Shown here piece after piece: positions 1-10,276 of a stretch of 64,000 nt of DNA. The translations under genes were made by a program, and so were the position numbers. The notes below the pieces were generated by a model. That model saw only the letters and a program-made list of their open reading frames with translations, did not search any database and had not been told where the DNA came from. Numbering within the stretch: position 1 is the first letter of the stretch; each line of letters begins with the position of its first letter. Source of the stretch: Thermococcus sp. JdFR-02 (GTDB lineage Archaea > Methanobacteriota_B > Thermococci > Thermococcales > Thermococcaceae); NCBI GenBank assembly GCA_002009975.1, contig MTLP01000022.1, positions 32,001 to 96,000 on the forward strand, given 5' to 3'.

Positions 1-19
1 AAAAGATTGGTGGGAGGAG

Positions 20-865
20 ATGCACAGAGAGTATACTTATTTCCGTACATTAATACTCCTTCTGCTATTGATAGTTGTTCTTGCTGTGATTATAGGAGTT
101 ATACTCAAGCAATATCCTACTGCCGGAATTTATCTAAGTGCAACAGGTACCATAACAACAATATTAATGATCATATTCATAGCACTTCAAACTGAGGCTA
201 CTAGGAAATCTGTTGAGGAGATTAGAAAAGACAGGCTCATGCCCGTTATGAAAAAAGTAATTGGTGCTCTTGGCATAACTAAAAAATTAATTATAGAAAA
301 TAAGAATAATCTTAATGAGGGAAACTATTCTATTTATTTAATATCTCCTACGGTATCTACTACGGCACCAACCAAAATATTGAAGGATACCCTTCTCACA
401 ATGGGTGAGGATTATATTGCAACTGTTAAAGCAAATGATTTACTAAAAGAATACGGAGTGGATATAGATAATTATAATAGAGAGATTGTTAATTTGATGA
501 GTATTCTTAGAGAAATAGAATCGGTATTGTTAAGCGATAAAATTCTTCAGATCAAGTTACTGAAAATCCTCAAGAAATGGGAATTAAAAACAAACATTAC
601 GGCTCCAAAACTTGAGACAATAATTAATAATTTTAGCAAACATGACTTTAATAGGAAATGGACTAGTGGGACTCCATATGAAAAATATCTAGAGTTATGG
701 AGAGAATTAAAAGATTTCTTTAACAAGTACTCTGAAGAGAATGAAGAATTGAGAAAACTTCTTAAAAAACGACAAAAATATGTTGGAAGAATAATGGAGC
801 ATTCTGATGAACTCATTGAGAAAATAGGCAAGATAGTAGAGGATATAAGCCGTGATGTCTTGTAA
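20..865 (+). CDS. Hypothetical membrane-anchored protein (2 N-terminal TM helices, helical C-terminus), probable element cargo
   Basis: 281-aa ORF, GGGAGGAG RBS, convergent with the virion operon. Confidence 0.75.
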   Translation: MHREYTYFRTLILLLLLIVVLAVIIGVILKQYPTAGIYLSATGTITTILMIIFIALQTEATRKSVEEIRKDRLMPVMKKVIGALGITKKLIIENKNNLNEGNYSIYLISPTVSTTAPTKILKDTLLTMGEDYIATVKANDLLKEYGVDIDNYNREIVNLMSILREIESVLLSDKILQIKLLKILKKWELKTNITAPKLETIINNFSKHDFNRKWTSGTPYEKYLELWRELKDFFNKYSEENEELRKLLKKRQKYVGRIMEHSDELIEKIGKIVEDISRDVL

Positions 866-936
866 CAGATTATAATATCACCATTTTTCCCTTGTTTCAT
901 CTTTGAATCTTCTTTTGGATCATAACATCACCTCCA

Positions 937-3006
937 TCACGTTTCACGTGAGTAGTTATAGAATAGGTCCCACAGTGTCCAAGCTACTAAAAACACAAAG
1001 AGAACGAATGTTACTCCGCTGTTGGTTAGGTTTGGTTTTTCTCTGAGAATGCCAAGCCACATTGCTTGCATTATTAGTGCAGCACCAATGCCGGAGAGGG
1101 GATTTTGGGTTTGCCAGAGGACCACGATTGTTATCACGAAAATAAATCCTTGTGGGAGTATTAGCTTGATCATGCTGTCTGCTTTGATTGCGTTCACTAC
1201 AGTATCTCCAAAACTTCCGCCTGAGTCTAAAAATGCTTTTGCATATTCATTTATTGGTACTATTGCTTGTGAAAGGTTTTCTGGAATTGTGGGCTTGATT
1301 TCTGGAATTGTACTTGTTGTCTCATTTCCTTGCGGCTCAAGGTAAACGCTTATTGTTAAATCGCTTGTTAGTTCGATGTTTAGTGTTCTGTTTTCATAAT
1401 TTTCTTTTGAGAATGTGAGCGTATAATTTCCCTCAACTAATTGTAGACTTTCTCCAGAATTGAGATAGTTTGTTTCGTTGTTTACAGTGACGCTAACGTT
1501 GTTTAGCATGGTATTATTTGAGGCATCATAAAAATACAGTGTTATTAGTTTTACGTTGTCAAGCATTATATTAGTGAAATTCACTATTATCCCGTTTGCA
1601 TTAATGAGTTTCTGCAATGTAACGCTTTTGTAAAGCTCTTTTTCGAATCTAAAGACATACGTGCCATATTTAACTAAAGCACTATCACCGCTGTTAAAAG
1701 TTCCTAAGAGGGAATTATTCGCATAAACTGTAAAATTATTAATTAGCTGATTATTCACGTCATAAGCATAGAAATAAACCGTATAGCTTTGTCTATCTAA
1801 CGTTAGAGTTAGAGTAGTGTCGCTTTGAACGTCTAAAGTTTGCTGAGCATCAACATAATACTGCTTTTGAGCTAAAAACGTATGAGTGCCTGCAGGTATT
1901 ATAACACTATCACCGCTGTTAAAAGTTCCGTAAAAAGTATTATCTATGTAAACATCCACGCCATTGAGAGTATTCCCTAAATCGTCTTTGAAATCAAAAG
2001 TTACTGTAACAGGATTATTCACTTCTTCGGCTCCTATCGTAGTAGAGGGTTCTTGGTCGGTGTATTTGCGGACAAACACGTAATCCATTTGATAATGTTC
2101 TCCAAACTGGAAAAACGTTATCCTCCACCCTTGCACATTCACAGTTGTGGCGTATGAAGTTGTCCACGTTTGTCCACCATATGTTACTTTTCCAATCACT
2201 TCACTACTCTTTAACGTTGTTTCAATTGTGAAAATATCCCCATTTGCTGGTTGAAATGTTGATATTGTATTATAAATGGTATTATCAACTCTCACATTAA
2301 AATCCGCTGAAACTACCTTCTTGTTTGCTCCAATGTTGTATGTTTGATAGCTGTCAGGTGCCGCTCCTACAAAAATACTACCTGCATTAGGATAGTTTGA
2401 CACATGCTTAACTTTTGCTTTTATTATATAGCCATCCGTATTTGGAAATGTCCAGACACTTCTGAAATAATTCCAACCTGTTGAACTATCATAATCAATA
2501 TCCACCCAACTATTTGAGACAGTTGGAGCAGCATCAAGGTTGTACCATTCCCATTTCGTGTTATCAAACGTATTAAAATCATCAAAAAACTCAAAAACTG
2601 CATTCCCATCACTTGCATCTGTCGCTTGTGAGTTCCCATAGTAAAGATAAATTGTAGTGCTTCCTCCTGCTAGAATTGAGGGCACTTTAACCCAAATTAT
2701 AGCTTGTTGGTTTGTAGCATCCCAAGACTCTATATAATAGTTTAAGGGATTTCCTTGTGCGTCTGCAAATCTTATATCACTTCCATCAGCGTTTACTTTG
2801 TTCCAACTGTCAAAGTTTGTTGAATCTAGAGTTACCTTTACTTGAAAATCTGTTAAATCATACGCGTTATTATTTGTAATTGTTATCTCTCTCCTATAAA
2901 GCCAATTACTATAAACACTCGCCCAAGGATCGTTAGTGTTTGCTTGAATTAATGGGATTAAGCTTGATAACACTAAAAACAAGATAAGAAGTGAGAGCTT
3001 GCGCAT
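937..3006 (-). CDS. DUF2341-domain surface/virion protein with three PEGA-like repeats and C-terminal TM helices
   Basis: Signal peptide; WLYRREITI..DFQVKV..DGSDIRF..LNYYIESW..IWVKVP..TIYLYYGN pattern; ~75-aa repeats (GTFNSGDS, GTFNSGDS, YLNSGES); GAGGTGA RBS. Confidence 0.85.
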   Translation of the reverse strand: MRKLSLLILFLVLSSLIPLIQANTNDPWASVYSNWLYRREITITNNNAYDLTDFQVKVTLDSTNFDSWNKVNADGSDIRFADAQGNPLNYYIESWDATNQQAIIWVKVPSILAGGSTTIYLYYGNSQATDASDGNAVFEFFDDFNTFDNTKWEWYNLDAAPTVSNSWVDIDYDSSTGWNYFRSVWTFPNTDGYIIKAKVKHVSNYPNAGSIFVGAAPDSYQTYNIGANKKVVSADFNVRVDNTIYNTISTFQPANGDIFTIETTLKSSEVIGKVTYGGQTWTTSYATTVNVQGWRITFFQFGEHYQMDYVFVRKYTDQEPSTTIGAEEVNNPVTVTFDFKDDLGNTLNGVDVYIDNTFYGTFNSGDSVIIPAGTHTFLAQKQYYVDAQQTLDVQSDTTLTLTLDRQSYTVYFYAYDVNNQLINNFTVYANNSLLGTFNSGDSALVKYGTYVFRFEKELYKSVTLQKLINANGIIVNFTNIMLDNVKLITLYFYDASNNTMLNNVSVTVNNETNYLNSGESLQLVEGNYTLTFSKENYENRTLNIELTSDLTISVYLEPQGNETTSTIPEIKPTIPENLSQAIVPINEYAKAFLDSGGSFGDTVVNAIKADSMIKLILPQGFIFVITIVVLWQTQNPLSGIGAALIMQAMWLGILREKPNLTNSGVTFVLFVFLVAWTLWDLFYNYSRET
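1680..1929. repeat. Perfect 25-bp direct repeat (1680-1704, 1905-1929), period 225 bp
   Basis: CACTATCACCGCTGTTAAAAGTTCC occurs twice; encodes GTFNSGDS in adjacent domain repeats. Confidence 0.9.
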
Positions 3007-3012
3007 GAGTTA

Positions 3013-3168
3013 TCACCTCAGTACACCAATTTTTGTAAGAATTTTCTCTATTCTACTAACACTCTTCAAAATTTCTTCATTGTTATGTGCAAGTTTTTTG
3101 ATTCTTTTAAGCTCGAACTCGAGTGCAATTTTTTGAGTTTCGTCAATTCTCCTAACAATTGGTAGCAT
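3013..3168 (-). CDS. Small 51-aa coiled-coil protein (not in ORF track)
   Basis: MLPIVRRIDETQKIALEFELKRIKKLAHNNEEILKSVSRIEKILTKIGVLR; ATG abuts the upstream TAA and its end overlaps the next gene's RBS. Confidence 0.7.
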   Translation of the reverse strand: MLPIVRRIDETQKIALEFELKRIKKLAHNNEEILKSVSRIEKILTKIGVLR

Positions 3169-3516
3169 TTATAACAACCTCCCCCATGCTATTGAGATCA
3201 TTACAATTATGTAACTCAAGTATGTGATTACTCTAAGAGCCCAAGCCCATGTCTCATCTACTCCAAGAGCTCGCCAGAGGTGATAGTTACCTCCAATGAT
3301 ATTAGAGAGAAGTGTTTTTACAACATCATATGCTCCCCAAGGTGTGGGTGTGTCTGGATTGATATTCTCAATTTTCTCAAGTGTTTGTTGCAGCTCTGGT
3401 TGCTCGTTTAGGTTGATATAAGAAAAGTCTGGATATACTGATCCAACTATGGCAATTGCAATGTTTAATATAAATATAAAATACATGAAGTTTAATCCAG
3501 CATTTGTTAATCCCAT
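3169..3516 (-). CDS. Small membrane protein (2 TM), putative virion component
   Basis: 115 aa, hydrophobic N- and C-termini, GAGGTGA RBS. Confidence 0.75.
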   Translation of the reverse strand: MGLTNAGLNFMYFIFILNIAIAIVGSVYPDFSYINLNEQPELQQTLEKIENINPDTPTPWGAYDVVKTLLSNIIGGNYHLWRALGVDETWAWALRVITYLSYIIVMISIAWGRLL

Positions 3517-3520
3517 TTTC

Positions 3521-5515
3521 TCACCTCGATTCTCCTCTATATATTATCAAGCTAAGGATCGAAATTCCCATGAGGCTTGAGAGTAGCCATGCTGGAGTGT
3601 CAATTATTCCAGAAATCTTCCCAATTCCAAGAATAAACGTGGCGATAAGTGGAGAAATGAATTTAAATCGTGCTGGTGCTATTAAAAGTCCACCGATGCC
3701 AAAAATTCCTATAAGTGCAGCAACTGGAAATACGGTGTTAGAAGTTTTCGATGTTCCTAACGCTTCATTTACCCAAACTCCCCAAGTTTTCTCAAACCCA
3801 TTATCTCCTTTTATTTCAATGTATGCAAAATCAGCATCTTCTGGAGGGATAAATGAACCTATATAATATCTTGAGTATTCGGTAATGTTGTAAGTTGTAA
3901 TTGTTTGTCCTTGCCTTGAGAATGTTATTTTTAGATTAAAGTAGTTTGTTGCATTTAAATCGTCAACAAACTCAATTTTAACAACTTTTGATTCTGCATC
4001 CCACCAAGCATCAGCATAAAGCCCACCTCTTTCTTCTATGGATGAGCTTAGTAATATTGTGATACCTTCTCCACTAAAAGTGAACCATGCTGCTGCTCTT
4101 GTAATGTTGTTTGAATCTGTGAATTTAATGTAATATTTTCCTCCAAGGACACCAAGAACCGTATTTGTTGATTTTGCAGTATCAGCATAGACTATCTGTC
4201 CTTTAGTATTTTTGATTGTTAGAGTTCCTGCTTCAACTGGAATTATTGAAATGCTTTCAATTACTCCGCTTGCATCAGAGGAAAGAAATGCAATATCTGA
4301 TTCTAAAGCGTTAACAATGTAAATTGAGCTTACACCTCCAGCGCTTAAAACTACTTTATATGTACCATTAGGAGCATCGTAAATCTTGTTTGAGCCGTAC
4401 CAGTCATAGTAAGCTAGTAACGTATCATTTGCATCATAAAAGCTAACTGTCGTTGGAACTGGAAGGTGAGTTCCACCATCTGGATAGACCTTGTAGATAG
4501 TGCCATTTATGTTTATGCTGAAGCTTTCTGTTCCTTCAATGTTTAGGATGTAATCCTCACTTATGAATGAATTAAAAACAACCAATTCATCTATAATTGT
4601 ACCTGTTGTGTTTGAGATGTCTCCAATTTTTGAGAGTGTGAAGTTTCCTTGCCAGTTAAATCGTATGATGCTTTGATTTAGAATAATGTATCCATATCCT
4701 GCTTTCCATCCAAATGCTGCCTGAACATAAGCTCCAATTGTTGGTGTTATTCCGTCTAAAATGTATGTATTACCATTGCTATCCTGGACATAAAGATACC
4801 CATTTGAGTTTATTCCTAAGTTGTCAAGAATTCTAATGTCTTTTGTGCCATCCCACTTAAGCCAGAACTTTAAAGCTCCCTCTGTAAGATTGTATATTTG
4901 ATTCAAGTAAATCTCGGTTCTATTGAGGAGAAAGCCTTGGATAGTGTTATCAGCACCAGGTGGAATATATTTCAGCTCTGTAAGTTTTGATTTTATTCCA
5001 ACATTGTCATTGGTGAAGTAGATATACATTGCATCAAATGTTGTATAGAAGTCACCTTGAGCAAGTGTTCCTGATCTGTATGCTTCAATTGTAATTGTAA
5101 AGGAACTGCCATAAATATCGAATAATTGTTGGATATCCTCATGATATTCGGTGTATTGAGATCCTTCGTTTATTTGATCACTTACTCCGGTCCATACAAC
5201 ATTGCCGTTCACTTTGACTCTGATATTGTATGTTACTCCCTCAAGAGTTCCATCACTATCATCTACCAGATAAGCATGCCACTTTAATCTAAATCCTGCG
5301 AGATATTTCTGATCTCCCAAATCAACATATATTGTTTTCAAGACTTTCCAGGATCCACTTTCATCCACTGTATGTGTTATTGATATGGTTGTGTTATCAC
5401 TTGTAAGTGTGAAGCCTTCAAAGCTCAAATATTCAATCTGTTCTGCTCTAACTTTTTGTGTAATTAATGAGAGTGAAATGAGAAAAATGAAAAATAAAGA
5501 TAAAGATTTGTACAT
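3521..5515 (-). CDS. Large beta-rich surface/virion protein with concanavalin A/LamG-like domain and 3 C-terminal TM helices
   Basis: Start reassigned to MYKSLSL (GAGGTGA RBS, signal peptide); GALKFWLKW...GTIIDELVVFN LamG-like motifs; many N-x-S/T sequons. Confidence 0.8.
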   Translation of the reverse strand: MYKSLSLFFIFLISLSLITQKVRAEQIEYLSFEGFTLTSDNTTISITHTVDESGSWKVLKTIYVDLGDQKYLAGFRLKWHAYLVDDSDGTLEGVTYNIRVKVNGNVVWTGVSDQINEGSQYTEYHEDIQQLFDIYGSSFTITIEAYRSGTLAQGDFYTTFDAMYIYFTNDNVGIKSKLTELKYIPPGADNTIQGFLLNRTEIYLNQIYNLTEGALKFWLKWDGTKDIRILDNLGINSNGYLYVQDSNGNTYILDGITPTIGAYVQAAFGWKAGYGYIILNQSIIRFNWQGNFTLSKIGDISNTTGTIIDELVVFNSFISEDYILNIEGTESFSININGTIYKVYPDGGTHLPVPTTVSFYDANDTLLAYYDWYGSNKIYDAPNGTYKVVLSAGGVSSIYIVNALESDIAFLSSDASGVIESISIIPVEAGTLTIKNTKGQIVYADTAKSTNTVLGVLGGKYYIKFTDSNNITRAAAWFTFSGEGITILLSSSIEERGGLYADAWWDAESKVVKIEFVDDLNATNYFNLKITFSRQGQTITTYNITEYSRYYIGSFIPPEDADFAYIEIKGDNGFEKTWGVWVNEALGTSKTSNTVFPVAALIGIFGIGGLLIAPARFKFISPLIATFILGIGKISGIIDTPAWLLSSLMGISILSLIIYRGESR

Positions 5516-5525
5516 TGTTCTCACC

Positions 5526-5786
5526 TCACATGACTTTTCTTTGTTGACTCTCTGCATAGAATGCTGCTACCAATATTGCAATGAATGTTCCGAAAATCAG
5601 CACTAAAGGTGTCTGGTGCCAGAGAGTGAGAAAATAGCTAACTAAAGGAGCTGTCAATGGATTAGCCATTGCAACATCAATGATTGGAATCTTAATTAAC
5701 CCAAGAACTACTGAGAGCACTGAAAATACAAAGATTATTATAAAGATAAAGATCAAACCAAGAAATGATTCTCTAAAATAGCCCAC
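5526..5786 (-). CDS. 86-aa two-helix hydrophobic protein (minor capsid-like)
   Basis: GTG start after GGAGGGG RBS; two long hydrophobic segments. Confidence 0.7.
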   Translation of the reverse strand: MGYFRESFLGLIFIFIIIFVFSVLSVVLGLIKIPIIDVAMANPLTAPLVSYFLTLWHQTPLVLIFGTFIAILVAAFYAESQQRKVM

Positions 5787-7701
5787 GCTTACCCCTCCTG
5801 CTTTTTTTAGGAGAAGGTAAAATTGTTGATGGCTTAAACTTTGGAAGAACAAAGATTTTATTCTTGTTTAGTCGCTTGGACTTCTTCCACCATGCTGAAT
5901 CATAAAAACCTAAAATAGCAACCTCTCCTTTTGGAAATCTTGGCTTTCTACGTACTCTTGTTTTAGCGAGTCTTGTTAATAAAACACTTGCAGAAGCTAT
6001 TAGCGCTACTTTTTGTGAAATTAGTTCCTTTTTCATACTTTGCTTTGATAAAATCATTTGAGGTATATTTGTTTCTTGAATTGTTCTTGTTTTCTCAATT
6101 ATTTCTTGCTCTTGTTTTATTCTTTGCTCTGGTTTGTTTATGAGAATTTTTTCCTTTTTAGATGATAACTTAAACATATTTTTATTGATTTCATATATGC
6201 TTGGCTCAACTTTGTATGTGGATCTTATTTGCTCTTTGCCTTGTCTGCCTTGTATAATGCTACTAGTCACTTCTTGCTCTTGTATATCCTTAATTTCAGG
6301 AATAATTCCAATTATCAAATTATCTTCATCTTCTTTGAAGCGTATTCTTTGAAACATTGGAGAAAGAGTAGCTCCAGCACCAATCACAGCAGTAGAGATG
6401 CTAATTTTTTGAACACCCCTTTTCATGAGCTGAGTTGCGACGTTTATATCTTGTTTTGCTTTTTCTACAAGAATTGTTTGTGGGATAATTGCAGCACCTC
6501 TACGGATTTTGAAAAAGCTTAGTTTACCTGTTGCATCTCTTGCATACCATCCAGAATGAACAACTTTATCTCCCTCTTTTAGCAACCATTCTGTTATCCC
6601 ACCTTTACTGTAAACTTCAATTGATTTTGTACCTTTTTGGATAAGCATGTATCCTTTTTGTGGGTCAATAATTAGCTTTTGTGTTGGTTCTGGACCAGAG
6701 AACACTTTCTCCCAAGGAGGAAGTCTTGGTCCTCCTTTGTTAATATTCACGTTTTTCGCTTGTATCACATTGTTTACTCTAGAGCTGCTTATGAGTGCTG
6801 AGAATGCTCCACCAGCCAATAATCCACCAGCTACTTCACCAAAAAGCTCTCCACTATAAAAGCTTTGTATGAATCCTTCTTTTATTGCTTTTCTGTTTAT
6901 CCAAATCTTTGGTGCTTGTGTTAAGAGTATTGGAATTTCTATAGGCAACATAAAGAATCCTATTGCACCTTGAACGATGTCTTTTCCGGTTTCTTTCACA
7001 GCCCAAGTAGCTCTAGAATCACCTGTATATGGTGTGTTCTCTATTCCAAAACTCTCAATAACGAACTGTGTTGGTGAGAATATCCAGTTCTCTGCTTGCT
7101 TGTTTCTCTGTAACTCTTCAAATGACATTGTTTGTGTTCCAATTAAGAAATCTGACTTATTCTGCTCAAACAAGCTTTGGTCATTGTTAAGCCCTAAAAA
7201 CTCTCTAGTTTTGTATATTCCTCTGTAGTATGCATCCATTCCTCTAAATAACTGCTCTTCTTTTGTTTTGTCGCCGAGTGAATGAGATTTTCCTGAAAGG
7301 TCATCTTCTTCTTGAACATTAGTATTTTTCTCACTTTTTACAGGAACCCTTTTATTGACTGCCACAAAACCGGTATCACTAACAAATCTATCTCTCTTTT
7401 GAGTTTCTATAAGCAACTTAGCTTTAAATAATGCCTCATTTGCTTGTTTTTCAACATATTGGTTAGATCTTTTTTCAAGCTGTATCTCATAGTGATCTCC
7501 CCTATCTATTGCACCTTTAAAAATAGCTATATCTCTCTTATACTTTTCCACAATCTCCTCTCTTGGTGGTTCTGCTTGTGCATAATCGTAATTCTCGATT
7601 GGGTGAGATAAATTAACTGTTATGTTGTATTCTGGATTATAATAAACATATCTTGTTTGTCCGTTTTTTGTTTTTGTAGTTCCAACAAAGATCAGTGCCA
7701 T
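5773..7701 (-). CDS. 642-aa hypothetical viral protein with central Gly-rich hydrophobic segments and basic C-terminus
   Basis: Long ORF; TAATG coupling to the ATPase gene. Confidence 0.8.
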   Translation of the reverse strand: MALIFVGTTKTKNGQTRYVYYNPEYNITVNLSHPIENYDYAQAEPPREEIVEKYKRDIAIFKGAIDRGDHYEIQLEKRSNQYVEKQANEALFKAKLLIETQKRDRFVSDTGFVAVNKRVPVKSEKNTNVQEEDDLSGKSHSLGDKTKEEQLFRGMDAYYRGIYKTREFLGLNNDQSLFEQNKSDFLIGTQTMSFEELQRNKQAENWIFSPTQFVIESFGIENTPYTGDSRATWAVKETGKDIVQGAIGFFMLPIEIPILLTQAPKIWINRKAIKEGFIQSFYSGELFGEVAGGLLAGGAFSALISSSRVNNVIQAKNVNINKGGPRLPPWEKVFSGPEPTQKLIIDPQKGYMLIQKGTKSIEVYSKGGITEWLLKEGDKVVHSGWYARDATGKLSFFKIRRGAAIIPQTILVEKAKQDINVATQLMKRGVQKISISTAVIGAGATLSPMFQRIRFKEDEDNLIIGIIPEIKDIQEQEVTSSIIQGRQGKEQIRSTYKVEPSIYEINKNMFKLSSKKEKILINKPEQRIKQEQEIIEKTRTIQETNIPQMILSKQSMKKELISQKVALIASASVLLTRLAKTRVRRKPRFPKGEVAILGFYDSAWWKKSKRLNKNKIFVLPKFKPSTILPSPKKSRRGKRGLF

Positions 7702-8465
7702 TATCTCACCACCTGTTCAAGGAGTAGATCTAAGTCAATACCGTCGATCTTCTCGCTTATTTCATCAAATGCGTTTGCAATGCCAAGCTTTTTGATGATT
7801 TTTTCTCCTATATGACCTGCAAATGCCCTTACATGTGCGTTCTTTAGCCTTCTATATTCTTCTTCATCATTTGGAGCTGAAAACTTGAAATTCATTGTTG
7901 GAACAATGCCGCTTCTTGCGATTATCTGAGAAAAGCTTACTATTTTTCCAGATTTCTTCAGTTGTGTTGTTGCTTTTAGCAAAGCCCAAAGTCTTGGAGG
8001 AATCCATGCTCCTGCATACCCTCTACGGTAAACGTGAACTAAAATATCTGTACGTCTGTGGAGAACATCTAATTCCCAAAATGCAGGAGTACAAAATATA
8101 AAGACTTGTTTTAGTGCTCCAATTGACTTTAGAGCTTCATCAAAGAGTATGTTTTGTGAGCTCATTGCTCTTCTATGATGTAAAACGTTCTGAGCCTCGT
8201 CAATGATATGAACAGTTCCTGCTGGCGTTTGTTTTTGACTCTTTAAGCGCCTAAACATTATTGCAACGTCTGCAACTGTAAAGTAGACATTGTTTTCAAG
8301 CTCAAATCTCGCTCCATAGCTGTCTCTTAGATAATAAGCAATAGCCCTTGCGAGTGCAGATTTTCCAGTTCTTTCTCTCCCATCAACTAGAATGACAAGA
8401 TCCTCTTGTTCCTTCATTGCAACTTTAAATGCTCTACCTATCATCTCGAAGAACTTATTCGCCAT
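7701..8465 (-). CDS. P-loop ATPase (putative genome packaging/extrusion ATPase)
   Basis: Walker A GRERTGKS, Walker B HIIDEAQ; start set at MANKFF. Confidence 0.85.
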   Translation of the reverse strand: MANKFFEMIGRAFKVAMKEQEDLVILVDGRERTGKSALARAIAYYLRDSYGARFELENNVYFTVADVAIMFRRLKSQKQTPAGTVHIIDEAQNVLHHRRAMSSQNILFDEALKSIGALKQVFIFCTPAFWELDVLHRRTDILVHVYRRGYAGAWIPPRLWALLKATTQLKKSGKIVSFSQIIARSGIVPTMNFKFSAPNDEEEYRRLKNAHVRAFAGHIGEKIIKKLGIANAFDEISEKIDGIDLDLLLEQVVR

Positions 8466-8910
8466 TTTCTTCTTCCTCCACTGAGAGGGTTTGTGGGATT
8501 TCAAGCTGCATTATGTCTAATAGTCCATGTTTAACTGCAAACTTAACAAGAGCCTCAGCGACAATAATGAGGACATTTGCTTTGACATCCAAGGATATCT
8601 GCTCAGGCTTGAGTTCGAAACTCTTGAGGTGCTTGTAAATCTCGAACGCCTTTTTTTCCTTCTTATTTAATTCATCTGATTTTATCTTTGGCTCAATGAG
8701 TGTAAAAACCTCATCAATACTTGTTTGAAGATTTTGGAAGAGTTTAATATCAAATTTCCCATTAATATATTTTGATCTAAACTGAGCTAAAGAGGAATTT
8801 AAATCTAAAAGAGAAAAAGTCATGTAGAGGCGAAAAGCCTCATGGGGTCTTGCCATATCTTTTTTTATTGCTTGAGCTTCGTATTCAAAGAAGACATCTA
8901 ATTTTGTCAT
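8455..8910 (-). CDS. Hypothetical helical protein (151 aa)
   Basis: ATGA overlap with upstream gene. Confidence 0.75.
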   Translation of the reverse strand: MTKLDVFFEYEAQAIKKDMARPHEAFRLYMTFSLLDLNSSLAQFRSKYINGKFDIKLFQNLQTSIDEVFTLIEPKIKSDELNKKEKKAFEIYKHLKSFELKPEQISLDVKANVLIIVAEALVKFAVKHGLLDIMQLEIPQTLSVEEEENGE

Positions 8911-9803
8911 ATCTTGACCACCTTTGTGGTGTTTTGTATTGTTTGATCGGCTAAGTGTCTAAGCAGTTCTGGAGAGATTTCAACATTCACTTGCGGTGGT
9001 TTTCCAAAACTCTTTAACATCATTATTGCAAATGCAAGACCAACAAGAACCAAGAATACCGCAAATGCGAATTTTACAATGTCGCTCTTGAGGACTGAGC
9101 TCATTTGTAGTGCGTATAAGTCCATATTTCCAGTAACTTTTGGAGCGCTTGCTCCATGTGAGTACTCTCCTATTAGGTTTAGATCAAGTTGTCTGACAAC
9201 AAGAACTTGTCTGTTAGTCTTGAGCTCCTCAAGTTGCATATTTTCCTTTACTTCAACTACTTGTGCATTCTTGTCAACAAAAGCCCTCATTTCCTGTTCT
9301 GTCCGCTTTAACTCATCATTAAGTGCTTTTAATGTTGCTTCAGCTTCTTTGAGTTTCTTTTCGTCCTGTATCTTACTCATTGAGTTTAACAACTTATTGT
9401 AGTCGTAGTTCAGCTCAAGATACTTTTTAATCAAATCATCTCTTCCAAGCTCTTTGAGAGCTGTTAAAATTGCCCACATGCTTGGATGTATTGAAGTACC
9501 ATATTCAACACTTAGTATGTAGAGTGGTTTACCCCAAAGGTATGTCTTGTGAGCAGGATTAACAATGAAATTGAGCTTTGATTTTCCAACCTTTATCCTT
9601 AGAATGTTTCCAATAATATCTTTAGTATAGCCAAATTTTGTTATTGCACCGTGCAGGATGTAAAAACTACCTGGTCCTGGAATCCTTCCTTTAATGACAG
9701 TTCCACCAAGAGCAAGAGCAATTATTGAGACTGTTGTTAGTACTGAAATTGTCATTATCATCATTATAAGGAATGTTGAACTGACAACAACAGGTACGCC
9801 CAT
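8907..9803 (-). CDS. Membrane protein with central coiled coil (298 aa)
   Basis: N- and C-terminal TM segments; KKLKEAEATLKALNDELKRTEQEM coiled coil. Confidence 0.8.
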   Translation of the reverse strand: MGVPVVVSSTFLIMMIMTISVLTTVSIIALALGGTVIKGRIPGPGSFYILHGAITKFGYTKDIIGNILRIKVGKSKLNFIVNPAHKTYLWGKPLYILSVEYGTSIHPSMWAILTALKELGRDDLIKKYLELNYDYNKLLNSMSKIQDEKKLKEAEATLKALNDELKRTEQEMRAFVDKNAQVVEVKENMQLEELKTNRQVLVVRQLDLNLIGEYSHGASAPKVTGNMDLYALQMSSVLKSDIVKFAFAVFLVLVGLAFAIMMLKSFGKPPQVNVEISPELLRHLADQTIQNTTKVVKI

Positions 9804-10276
9804 TAGTACTCACCCCCAAATGGGAAAAACTTTCTTCTCCTTGGTAATTGAGGGATATTTGCCTGATAACTAATGACTTTCGAGATTTGACTTATTTTAT
9901 CCAATAGATGTCCGCTCTTTGCTCTTGAGAGATGAGCATTAACATAAATCTTAAGCATCTCAAAGTCTTCAATCGTCGCTTTTAGTTCATCTCCCATAAA
10001 TTTTGGAATTTGGAACAGCTCAATGAGTTCTAACTTTGCGAGTGATGCCCTAACCATGCTAATTTCTTTCTCAGAAAAGTTAGCAAGACTTAAACTTGGA
10101 TCCTTTAGCGTTATAAGTTTCTCCAAGCGACTTGGGAAATATCTTTCACTGTCTCTGATCGCATTAATAATAACGTCATTAGTTTCAAAACTTGGTGTTG
10201 CTTTAATTTCAGTTCTAAATTCCTTTAGAACGTCATCCAATGGATTTAATTGTGGATATTCATTAAATTCATTCAC
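9803..10276 (-). CDS. Hypothetical protein (157 aa)
   Basis: GAGGTGA RBS; TAATG coupling. Confidence 0.75.
   Translation of the reverse strand: MNEFNEYPQLNPLDDVLKEFRTEIKATPSFETNDVIINAIRDSERYFPSRLEKLITLKDPSLSLANFSEKEISMVRASLAKLELIELFQIPKFMGDELKATIEDFEMLKIYVNAHLSRAKSGHLLDKISQISKVISYQANIPQLPRRRKFFPFGGEY

Noticed and set aside
937-5515. Diversity-generating retroelement acting on the adhesins
   Set aside because: No reverse transcriptase and no template/variable repeat pair with adenine-specific mismatches in the window
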